From the NCBI GenBank assembly GCA_018699415.1, contig JABIQM010000086.1, positions 2,449 to 66,448 on the forward strand: a stretch of DNA of 64,000 nucleotides. The letters run 5' to 3'. Under the pieces are notes generated by a model. The model was not told the origin of the DNA, made no database searches, and saw only the letters and a list, made by a program, of their open reading frames with translations. The position numbers and the translations under genes were made by a program. Within the stretch, counting starts at the first letter, position 1; every line of letters starts with the position of its first letter. This stretch comes from Acidimicrobiaceae bacterium (lineage in GTDB: Bacteria; Actinomycetota; Acidimicrobiia; Acidimicrobiales; Aldehydirespiratoraceae). Shown piece after piece: positions 37,039-44,751 of this stretch.

Positions 37039-37066
37039 TTGTGCGCGGTTTCACGAAGTTCGTGAA
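37039..37066. promoter_or_regulatory. overlapping operator candidates: Rex/CRP-like TTGTGCGcggtTTCACGA and perfect palindrome TTCACGAAgTTCGTGAA
   Basis: The 17-bp perfect palindrome lies at 37050-37066. The TGTGc-N6-TCACg element lies at 37039-37056 and abuts a TANNNT box (TACACT, 37034-37039). Both are 27-54 nt upstream of the first gene of the respiratory gene string. Confidence 0.35.
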
Positions 37067-37092
37067 CTCCCGCCTCCCACCTGGAGTCGAGC

Positions 37093-37545
37093 GTGGTTGC
37101 TTTTGTTCTGTCCTGCATCGTTGCCCTCGTGATCACGGGGGGGATCGTCGCGTATTCAAAGCGGTTCCCAGCCGACGCGTCCATGACGTGGGGCCAAGCC
37201 ATGCTGGGTTCATTCATCGTCTTCTTCTTGATGTTCTGGGTCTATGGCGTCGTGCCTCACCAATGGTTGGTGTGGGCTGACAACGAACTCAACTGGCGTG
37301 TTGACAAGTTTTTCGTTGGGCCTGGCGGGATTCTGAAACACTCACGTGACGGCGGCTTCATGCCGCTCGACATCACGTATGTCGTACTCCGTGACCTCAT
37401 CGCCGTGATCATCTATACCGTCGCCTTGGGCGCAAATATTTCCCTGTGGTCAACCTGGCAGAAGCGTGGCCAGGATACCGCTGCTGCTGCGCCTGAGCGT
37501 TCGGCCTTTGGCCGTCCACTCATCAAGGAAGGTTCGTCGTCGTGA
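37093..37545 (+). CDS. small integral membrane protein (unknown function), first gene of the Rieske/cyt b cluster
   Basis: 150 aa with a GTG start and 3-4 hydrophobic helices. 4-nt overlap with the ferredoxin gene. Confidence 0.6.
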   Translation: MVAFVLSCIVALVITGGIVAYSKRFPADASMTWGQAMLGSFIVFFLMFWVYGVVPHQWLVWADNELNWRVDKFFVGPGGILKHSRDGGFMPLDITYVVLRDLIAVIIYTVALGANISLWSTWQKRGQDTAAAAPERSAFGRPLIKEGSSS

Positions 37546-37958
37546 GCAACGTCGATGCAAACCCTCCGATGCCGCTTTTCCGGGATGATTACGTCCTTCA
37601 AGAGGTCGATGGAGCCTGGCTTAGTCAGCAGGTCAAGCCCAAGCAGTTCATTCATATCGACCAGTCCGAGTGCATCATGTGCGAAGGCTGTGTCGACATT
37701 TGCCCTTGGAAGTGCATCCACATGGTGCGCCCGGATGCGATCGACGAAGCGATCGGTACCGAGCAGCCTGGCAGCGACCCCAACGATCATGTGATTTTCA
37801 CGATCGACGATGATGTGTGCACTCGTTGCGCACTTTGCGTTGATCGGTGCCCGACAGGCGTCATAATTCTCGGCAAGATCAGCGATGCGCCCGCTGCCGG
37901 TGACTCTCATCAGCGGACTAATACTCATGGCTACGGATACGGAATGCGCCTCAGCTGA
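37542..37958 (+). CDS. 2x[4Fe-4S] dicluster ferredoxin-domain protein
   Basis: 138 aa. Two CxxCxxCxxxCP motifs (CIMCEGCVDICP and CTRCALCVDRCP). Confidence 0.85.
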   Translation: MSNVDANPPMPLFRDDYVLQEVDGAWLSQQVKPKQFIHIDQSECIMCEGCVDICPWKCIHMVRPDAIDEAIGTEQPGSDPNDHVIFTIDDDVCTRCALCVDRCPTGVIILGKISDAPAAGDSHQRTNTHGYGYGMRLS

Positions 37959-37982
37959 GGCGTAGGAGAAACAAGAACTCAG

Positions 37983-38774
37983 ATGGCTACCGACGAAGAT
38001 GTAAAGAAGCCGTTCCCGCAACGGATGCAGGATTCAATGTCCCAAATGGGGGATCAGATCCAGAGCTCCCAGGCATGGAACTCGATTTTCCGGCCTGGTT
38101 CGATTTTCCGGAAGGGCTACACGGATAGCCCGCGCAACCGGTCCTACGTGATCATGAACAGCGTGTTGTACCACCTTCACCCGGTGAAGGTGAAGCGCCA
38201 CTCGGTGAAGGTCAGCTACACCCTGTGCTTGGGTGGTCTGTCATTTCTCTTGTTCATCCACCTGACGATCACGGGCATCTTCTTGATGTTCTTCTACCGC
38301 CCGACGGCGGCGGCGGCCTGGGATGACATATATACGCTGCAGAACACCGTCACGTTCGGCTTATTGGTTCGCAACATGCACAGGTGGGCGGCTCACCTCA
38401 TGGTGCTGAGTGTGTTCCTGCACATGGCTCGCGTCTTCTACCATGGCGCCTACAAGCCGCCCCGGGAGTTCAACTGGGTTATCGGCGTGATGCTTCTTCA
38501 GTTCACGCTGTTGCTTTCTTTCACCGGCTACCTGCTCCCATGGGATCAGCTGGCGCTCTGGGCTGTGACCGTGGGTACTAACATGATGGGGTATACCCCA
38601 GTGTTCGGTGATCAGGTCCGGTTCGTACTGCTGGGTGGTGTCGAAATCGGCACTGATACTCTGCTTCGTTGGTACGTGCTCCACGTGCTGCTGCTTCCAT
38701 TCGTTGTCGTCATCTTCATGGCGATTCACTTCTGGAGAGTCCGCAAGGACGGCGGCATCTCGGGGCCGTTGTAG
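37983..38774 (+). CDS. cytochrome b6-type (N-terminal four-helix) cytochrome b
   Basis: 263 aa. Helix B His pair HRWAAHLMVLSVFLH (13 residues between the first and last His). Helix D His pair HVLLLPFVVVIFMAIH (14 between, as in b6). YTLCLGG cysteine at the heme ci position. LLPWDQ motif. Confidence 0.9.
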   Translation: MATDEDVKKPFPQRMQDSMSQMGDQIQSSQAWNSIFRPGSIFRKGYTDSPRNRSYVIMNSVLYHLHPVKVKRHSVKVSYTLCLGGLSFLLFIHLTITGIFLMFFYRPTAAAAWDDIYTLQNTVTFGLLVRNMHRWAAHLMVLSVFLHMARVFYHGAYKPPREFNWVIGVMLLQFTLLLSFTGYLLPWDQLALWAVTVGTNMMGYTPVFGDQVRFVLLGGVEIGTDTLLRWYVLHVLLLPFVVVIFMAIHFWRVRKDGGISGPL

Positions 38775-38792
38775 GACCAGGGAGAACAGAAC

Positions 38793-39563
38793 ATGACTGA
38801 AGTTCCCGAACACCTCCGTAAGAAGGCCGCTGAGGCTCGTGCGAAGGCCGATGCTGCAAAGGCTGGACCTGCGTCGTCTACTGAGGAGACAGCGCTTACT
38901 GCCGAGCAGCAGGAAGCAGCATCAAAGATCCCTGCACATTTGCTCGAGCGCTCAAAGGCCGCCGGAGCAAAATCGGGCGGAGGGGAAGCCGGTGGCGTTG
39001 TTGTCACCACTCCCGGTGCTGGCGCCCCTGCGGCGACTGCGGGTGGGCCGGTTCTGACTGGGCCAGGGGGCAACACCCAGCGTTTGCTCACCGTTGTCAA
39101 GTCTGGTTCGATCCAAGACACGAAGTCTTCTCCACAGGACAAGGTTCATACGTGGCCGCACCTTCTTGTGGCCGAGTTCGCAGCAGCTCTCTTCATCACG
39201 GCGTTCATCCTGATCTTCTCGATCTTTGTGAACGCTCCACTGCTTGAGTTGGCCAACTTCAACGAGACGCCAAATCCTTCAAAAGCCCCCTGGTACTTCC
39301 TTGGCCTTCAGGAACTGTTGACCATGTTCCATCCGATGGTTGCTGGCGTGACCATCCCGGGTATCGGCCTCTTTGTGCTGATCCTGGCTCCGTATATCGA
39401 CCGAAATCCCTCGGCCAAGCCTGAGGACCGCAAGTTCGCGATCTCGCTAATGACGATTCACCTGATGTTCTGGGCGATCCTCGTCATGATCGGCTCGTTC
39501 TTCCGAGGTCCAGGCTTCAACTTCGTCTTCCCGTGGGAAGCCGGACTCTTCTTCGAGCTGTGA
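38793..39563 (+). CDS. cytochrome b C-terminal part (subunit IV / PetD-like) with a ~110-aa N-terminal extension
   Basis: 256 aa. APWYFLGLQELL (PEWY-type Qo motif) and three TM helices. The N-terminus is MTEVPEHLRKKAAEARA. Confidence 0.85.
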   Translation: MTEVPEHLRKKAAEARAKADAAKAGPASSTEETALTAEQQEAASKIPAHLLERSKAAGAKSGGGEAGGVVVTTPGAGAPAATAGGPVLTGPGGNTQRLLTVVKSGSIQDTKSSPQDKVHTWPHLLVAEFAAALFITAFILIFSIFVNAPLLELANFNETPNPSKAPWYFLGLQELLTMFHPMVAGVTIPGIGLFVLILAPYIDRNPSAKPEDRKFAISLMTIHLMFWAILVMIGSFFRGPGFNFVFPWEAGLFFEL

Positions 39564-39579
39564 GCAAAGGAGACTGCCA

Positions 39580-40458
39580 ATGATCACCCTCGGAATTATC
39601 GCAATCGTCGTGCTGGCTGGCACCGCCGTTATTGCCATCATGCGCGGTCGTCAGGCCGACGAAGCGGTCGGTATCTTGTCCAGCGAGACCAAGAAGCGCG
39701 ACACTGCTAGTTCGGCGCTCGGTTCAGAAGCGGAGCTTTCCGGCAAGCAGGTTGAGAGGGCTGCGGCGCTTGATCGCAAGGCCTCGTCGCAGCAACTCGT
39801 CCTCGCCGCTGACTCTGCCCCTCCTGCCCCATACGTGCCGCCGGACCCCGAGGTCATCGGTGTCAGCCGACGTCAGTTCTTCAACCGCTCGATCGTTTTG
39901 ATGATGCAGATCGGTCTCGGTGGCTTTGGCGCTGCATGCATTGCCTTCTTGTGGCCCCAGCTTGGTGGCGGCTTCGGCTCGGCCATCAAGATCGGACTTG
40001 TCAGCGACTTGCTCGCCGATATCCGCAGTAACAATGGCTTCCTATACAAGGCTGAAGGCCGTATGTGGTTGACCGAGTACCCAAACGGCGCGGTCGAGAA
40101 GGCTCGAGCCGCGTACTCGGCTCCCGAACTCGCCGGCATGGAGGCAGGTCTCACATTGGGCCTCGATGGTGGCATTCTTGCGCTCTACCAGAAGTGCCCC
40201 CACCTCGGTTGCCGTGTGCCCGAGTGCGGTACCTCTCAATGGTTCGAATGTCCGTGTCATGGCTCGCAGTACAATCGAGTTGGTGAAAAGCGTGGCGGTC
40301 CTGCGCCTCGCGGCATGGACCGTTTCGCGATGAGCATCGGTAGTGACGGTTCACTTACCGTCAACACTGGCGCCATCGTCCAAGGTCCTCCGATCGGCAC
40401 CAACACGACTGGTCAAGAAGCCGAAGGCCCCAACTGCATCGGCCAGTCAAGCCACTAG
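39580..40458 (+). CDS. Rieske [2Fe-2S] iron-sulfur protein
   Basis: 292 aa. CPHLGC ... CPCHGS cluster boxes, an N-terminal TM and a second TM region. Confidence 0.9.
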   Translation: MITLGIIAIVVLAGTAVIAIMRGRQADEAVGILSSETKKRDTASSALGSEAELSGKQVERAAALDRKASSQQLVLAADSAPPAPYVPPDPEVIGVSRRQFFNRSIVLMMQIGLGGFGAACIAFLWPQLGGGFGSAIKIGLVSDLLADIRSNNGFLYKAEGRMWLTEYPNGAVEKARAAYSAPELAGMEAGLTLGLDGGILALYQKCPHLGCRVPECGTSQWFECPCHGSQYNRVGEKRGGPAPRGMDRFAMSIGSDGSLTVNTGAIVQGPPIGTNTTGQEAEGPNCIGQSSH

Positions 40459-40518
40459 TAACCTCCGTCCGTTCCCAAGCTGAGTATTCAGACCAAAGAT
40501 CCAGAGTTCTTCACGCGC

Positions 40519-42003
40519 ATGCTGCTCGCCGCTTCAACACAACGAACCATCGGCCTCGTCATTTTGGCGATCGTCTTTATTGGTGGTCTCGTTTACATCT
40601 ACTTCAACATTCGATCCGCTCGTGATGAGCTCGGTTCCGAAATTGAGTTGGCCGCCAACCGGCGCCAATACATGGACGATGCCGAGCTAGAGACCAAGCG
40701 TCTTGATCTCGCTCTCGGCACCAGCCTCGTGTTGCTGACCATCACGGCGGTCACGCTGCCGCTGTACTGGCTCGGTGAACCCGGTCGCCATGAGGGACGC
40801 GACGTCGACACGTCGCGCATCTTTACCAACCGCGGCGAAGAGATCTATGTCGAAGGCGCCCAGTGCGTCGCCTGCCACGGTTCGGAAGGTTCCGGTGGTG
40901 CTGTTTCCACGGCTATCACTACCGAAGACGGTGGTTTCCTCGCACAGGTGAGCTGGAAAGCCCCCGCCCTGAACACCTTGCTCTCCCGCTTCACCGAGAA
41001 TGAAGTGATTCACACCCTGAACTTTGGCCGCAATGGCGTTATGCCAGCCTGGGGTGGCGGTGGCGGTGGCCCGCTCACCGACCAGCAGCTCGATGAGATC
41101 GTTTACTACATCCGGTCGATCCAGATCGACGAGGATCAGATCAACAGCGAAGTTGACATTGGCATCCGCCAAGGTGTCGAAACCAAACTCCGCGCCGAAA
41201 GCGACGCCGACTGGGCAACTGAGTTGCGTGCAGTGAACGACGCCAAGGACGCCACTGCATGGGACGTCACTTTGGCCAGCCGAGCGACCTTCGGATTCGA
41301 CTGCACCGAACAGACAACTGATAGTCGTTGCGTTGCAGACAACGACGCCTCCCAAGCGCTGCTCGCCGCCGAGACCGTTCATGCGGATGCCCTCGAGTCG
41401 GCGGTCACGTCATGGCTCGCTGATGTGGACGCTGTGCGCCAGAGCGCGTGGGAGGCCGCATTGGCCGCCGACTCGTCGCTCGACAACGAAGGCAACGAGG
41501 ATGCCTGGCGTTTCGCAGCGTTGGAGTTGTTGTCCACCGCTGGAGCGATCGACGGACAAGAGCTGTACTTGGAGTACGGCGAGATCCTCTTCACCAACAC
41601 GGCCGCCGCCGGCACCTACAACTGCGCCCGGTGCCATACCTATGGTTGGAGTTTCGACGCCACGGGGCCCTACAGCCTCGAACTCCAGGGCACCGATGAA
41701 CCCATCCTCGAGAAGTACACGCAGGGCGGTGGCTTCTTTGGCCCCAACCTGCGTGGTGGCACGACGCTCGAACAGTTCGAGTCCGCTGCCAGTCACGTCG
41801 ATTTCATCACCAAGGGTCAAACCATGGGGGCAACATATGGTCGCGGTGGTTCTGGAGGCAACGGTCAGATGCCAGGCTTCGGCCCGAACACTGACTCTTC
41901 CCCCGTCGGCCCGACCATCGCCAGCGGCGACGAGTTCTCGTACCCAGGTTTGCTCACTGACGAGCAAATCGACGCAATCGTTGCATTCGAGAGGAACCTC
42001 TAA
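40519..42003 (+). CDS. membrane-anchored diheme c-type cytochrome with a long inter-domain insertion
   Basis: 494 aa. CVACH and CARCH heme motifs with GVMPAWGG and GQMPGFG Met-ligand regions. Two N-terminal TM helices. Confidence 0.85.
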   Translation: MLLAASTQRTIGLVILAIVFIGGLVYIYFNIRSARDELGSEIELAANRRQYMDDAELETKRLDLALGTSLVLLTITAVTLPLYWLGEPGRHEGRDVDTSRIFTNRGEEIYVEGAQCVACHGSEGSGGAVSTAITTEDGGFLAQVSWKAPALNTLLSRFTENEVIHTLNFGRNGVMPAWGGGGGGPLTDQQLDEIVYYIRSIQIDEDQINSEVDIGIRQGVETKLRAESDADWATELRAVNDAKDATAWDVTLASRATFGFDCTEQTTDSRCVADNDASQALLAAETVHADALESAVTSWLADVDAVRQSAWEAALAADSSLDNEGNEDAWRFAALELLSTAGAIDGQELYLEYGEILFTNTAAAGTYNCARCHTYGWSFDATGPYSLELQGTDEPILEKYTQGGGFFGPNLRGGTTLEQFESAASHVDFITKGQTMGATYGRGGSGGNGQMPGFGPNTDSSPVGPTIASGDEFSYPGLLTDEQIDAIVAFERNL

Positions 42004-43121
42004 TGGAGATGCTCGACATCATCGCCGGTCTCGCCTGGGACCCTGAAATCCGTGGTTTCATGGCTGTTCTCACGGGCATCGTGGTGCTCATGGGGTCGGT
42101 CTGGCTGATTATCAGCACCAATACCGGCCCCCGTCTCGGCACGCTCTTATCGCTCGCTGGCTTCTTCGGCTGGATGGCCATCATGGCCTCAATCTGGTGG
42201 ATTTACGGCATCGGCTACGCCGGTGACAGCCCGGTTTGGGAACAGGTTGAGATCGTTGAGGGAACAGACGATGAGGGCCACCTCACCTTCGCGGCGCTCG
42301 ACGCGACCGACGATCTCGCAACCGAAAATCTAAGCGACGCCCACTCGGTCGTCATCGCAGCCGCTGACCAATTGATCGATGAGTACGGCGATAGCGCACT
42401 CACAATGTCGACGTCGGGCCTCTCGATTGACGATGCTGAGCATCTCGCTGAAGTCCAGATTGCATGGGCCGAATACGGCATCGTCACCGCTGATTCGCTC
42501 ACGCCAGACCAAACCGAAGGGCTATCCGACGACGAGATCGCTGCGCTGGTCGCTTACGAACAAGCCAAGAACGAAGCCACCACGCTCTCGGAGTTGGCTG
42601 CGATCTCACCGGGGCTGATCAACCAAGACAGTAGCGACCTCGGCGGTTGGACCTTGTTGTCCACCGCTCAGTCCGGTGAGGCACAGGCATCGGCAATCGC
42701 GATGCTGCTCCAGTCCGGTGATTTCGACTTCCAGGCGGCAACTGATTTCAAGGTCCTTGAGGCGTTTACTATTGGTGGTAAGCGCGGTCTGCCCGAGAAC
42801 CCGTCCCGCTGGGATCGCATCGAAACCCAGGTTCGCACCGCTCTCACTATCAAGCATCCGACTCGCTATGCCATTGTCCAGGTCCAGCAGGTCACCGAAG
42901 AATCGATCACGAACCTTCCCGGAACCGCTCCAAAGCGCCCGGAGGTTGATCCCAACGCTCCGATCGTGTCAATTGTCATGATCCGCAACCTTGGCAACTT
43001 GCGCCTCGTGCCCGCCATGGTCACGATCGGTTCGCTTATCATCTTCCTTGGCCTCTGCTACATGCTTCACGAGCGCGACAAGCTTGTGCTGGTACGCCGG
43101 GCTGAATTCCAGGCGGGCTAG
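42003..43121 (+). CDS. polytopic membrane protein of unknown function with a large acidic soluble domain
   Basis: 372 aa. Three N-terminal TM helices plus one C-terminal TM helix. The ATG at 42003 overlaps the TAA stop of the cytochrome c gene by 1 nt (TAATG). Its stop lies 3 nt before the nuoA start. Confidence 0.6.
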   Translation: MEMLDIIAGLAWDPEIRGFMAVLTGIVVLMGSVWLIISTNTGPRLGTLLSLAGFFGWMAIMASIWWIYGIGYAGDSPVWEQVEIVEGTDDEGHLTFAALDATDDLATENLSDAHSVVIAAADQLIDEYGDSALTMSTSGLSIDDAEHLAEVQIAWAEYGIVTADSLTPDQTEGLSDDEIAALVAYEQAKNEATTLSELAAISPGLINQDSSDLGGWTLLSTAQSGEAQASAIAMLLQSGDFDFQAATDFKVLEAFTIGGKRGLPENPSRWDRIETQVRTALTIKHPTRYAIVQVQQVTEESITNLPGTAPKRPEVDPNAPIVSIVMIRNLGNLRLVPAMVTIGSLIIFLGLCYMLHERDKLVLVRRAEFQAG

Positions 43122-43124
43122 CAA

Positions 43125-43601
43125 ATGCTCGGCCAGTATCTCCCCCTGCTGGCGCTCTTGGTGCTCGCAGCACTCTTTGCTGCAGGTAGCTTCGTTGCCT
43201 CTGGTCTTTTGGCGCCGCGCGACCCCTCGATTGCCAAGCGTGCTGCGTACGAATGCGGAATCATCCCCAGCCGCGAGACGCCCGAACGATTCCCGGTCCG
43301 GTTCTTCCTCGTGGCAATGATCTTTATCGTGTTCGATATCGAGATCATTTTCTTCTACCCCTACGCCATCGCATTCGGCGGTCTTGGGGTGTTTGGTCTC
43401 ATCGTGATCATGGTGTTCACCTTTGCCGTCTTCGAATCGTTCGTATACCTCATCGGGAACGGCGCCCTCGAATGGGGCCCTCTGAAGCAGGTCGCTCGCC
43501 CGAGTGGTGCCGTGTCGCCTGACCGGACCACCGAGACCACCATCCGGCGGGTCGGCCTTGAGGACCGTGGACTCCCTCTCGACAATGGGCAGGCTGCCTG
43601 A
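43125..43601 (+). CDS. nuoA: NADH-quinone oxidoreductase subunit A (with ~40-aa C-terminal extension)
   Basis: 158 aa. YECG...[24 protein letters not shown] signature. Confidence 0.9.
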   Translation: MLGQYLPLLALLVLAALFAAGSFVASGLLAPRDPSIAKRAAYECGIIPSRETPERFPVRFFLVAMIFIVFDIEIIFFYPYAIAFGGLGVFGLIVIMVFTFAVFESFVYLIGNGALEWGPLKQVARPSGAVSPDRTTETTIRRVGLEDRGLPLDNGQAA

Positions 43602-44197
43602 TGGCGCAAATTCCGCTGCTGGGTGACTCCGCCTCGATCGCCGAATCCGGCCTTGAGGGTATGGATCACAACTTCCTCACAGGCAATATCGAGGACCTCG
43701 TCAAGTGGGCACGATCCCGCAGCTGTTGGCCGGCAACGTTCGGCCTTGCCTGTTGCGCTATCGAAATGATGGCGAGCGGTGCTGCGCACTATGACCTCGC
43801 CCGCTATGGCATGGAAGTCTTCCGGGCCTCGCCGCGCCAGGCCGATCTCATGATCGTTGCCGGCCGCGTCTCTCAGAAGATGGCCCCAGTGCTTCGTCAG
43901 GTGTACGACCAGATGATGGAACCAAAATGGGTCATCTCCATGGGTGTATGCGCCTCCAGCGGTGGGATGTTCAATAACTACGCAATCGTGCAGGGTGTCG
44001 ACGAAGTAGTACCTGTCGATGTCTACGCTCCGGGCTGTCCGCCTGGCCCCGAAACCCTCATGCATGCCATCTTCACGCTTCACGAGAAGATTCAGAGCGG
44101 CGAACTCACGCAGCGTCGCGAAGCATCTGGTGCTGGAGCAGGAATCACGATCGAGCAGCGAGACGGGCAGACCGCCGGTCTTACCATCGGCGGCTGA
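43601..44197 (+). CDS. nuoB: NADH-quinone oxidoreductase subunit B
   Basis: 198 aa. [18 protein letters not shown] and PGCPP cluster N2 ligand motifs. Confidence 0.95.
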   Translation: MAQIPLLGDSASIAESGLEGMDHNFLTGNIEDLVKWARSRSCWPATFGLACCAIEMMASGAAHYDLARYGMEVFRASPRQADLMIVAGRVSQKMAPVLRQVYDQMMEPKWVISMGVCASSGGMFNNYAIVQGVDEVVPVDVYAPGCPPGPETLMHAIFTLHEKIQSGELTQRREASGAGAGITIEQRDGQTAGLTIGG

Positions 44198-44199
44198 AC

Positions 44200-44751
44200 A
44201 TGAGTGACGACACCGCAGTTAATGCTGCCGCCGCTGTAGCTGACGATGTAATAGAAGACCAGGGGCCAGGGCACGAAATGCGCTACGGCGCCATCGTCGC
44301 TGACTCCAATGGTGACGTAATCCTCCACGCCTCCGTTGACGACTATCTGGGCGCGATCACCGCAGCACACGCCGATGGCTTCGATCAACTGATCGATCTC
44401 ACTGCCGTTGATTACTTGACCTATGCCGGTAAGCGTGCCCTCCCTGAAGGCGTCGATGCTGGCCGCTACGAACTCGTGACCGCTCTCATCAATCATCACC
44501 GCCGCGAGCGCATCCGCATCCGGGTTCAGCTTGATGGTGACGAACCCACGATTCCGACGGCGTTTGACCTGTACCCCGGCGCCGAGTATCTCGAGCGTGA
44601 AGTTTATGACATGTTCGGCATCGTGTTCGCTGATCATCCCGATATGAGTCGAGTGCTCATGCCCGAGGACTGGGTCGGCCACCCCCTTCGCAAGGACTAC
44701 GCGGTTGGTTCGATCCCAGTGCAGTTCAAGGCAGCGAGCAACCAACGATGA
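44200..44751 (+). CDS. nuoC: NADH-quinone oxidoreductase subunit C
   Basis: 183 aa. EREVYDMFGIVFADHPD...HPLRKDY signature. Confidence 0.9.
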   Translation: MSDDTAVNAAAAVADDVIEDQGPGHEMRYGAIVADSNGDVILHASVDDYLGAITAAHADGFDQLIDLTAVDYLTYAGKRALPEGVDAGRYELVTALINHHRRERIRIRVQLDGDEPTIPTAFDLYPGAEYLEREVYDMFGIVFADHPDMSRVLMPEDWVGHPLRKDYAVGSIPVQFKAASNQR

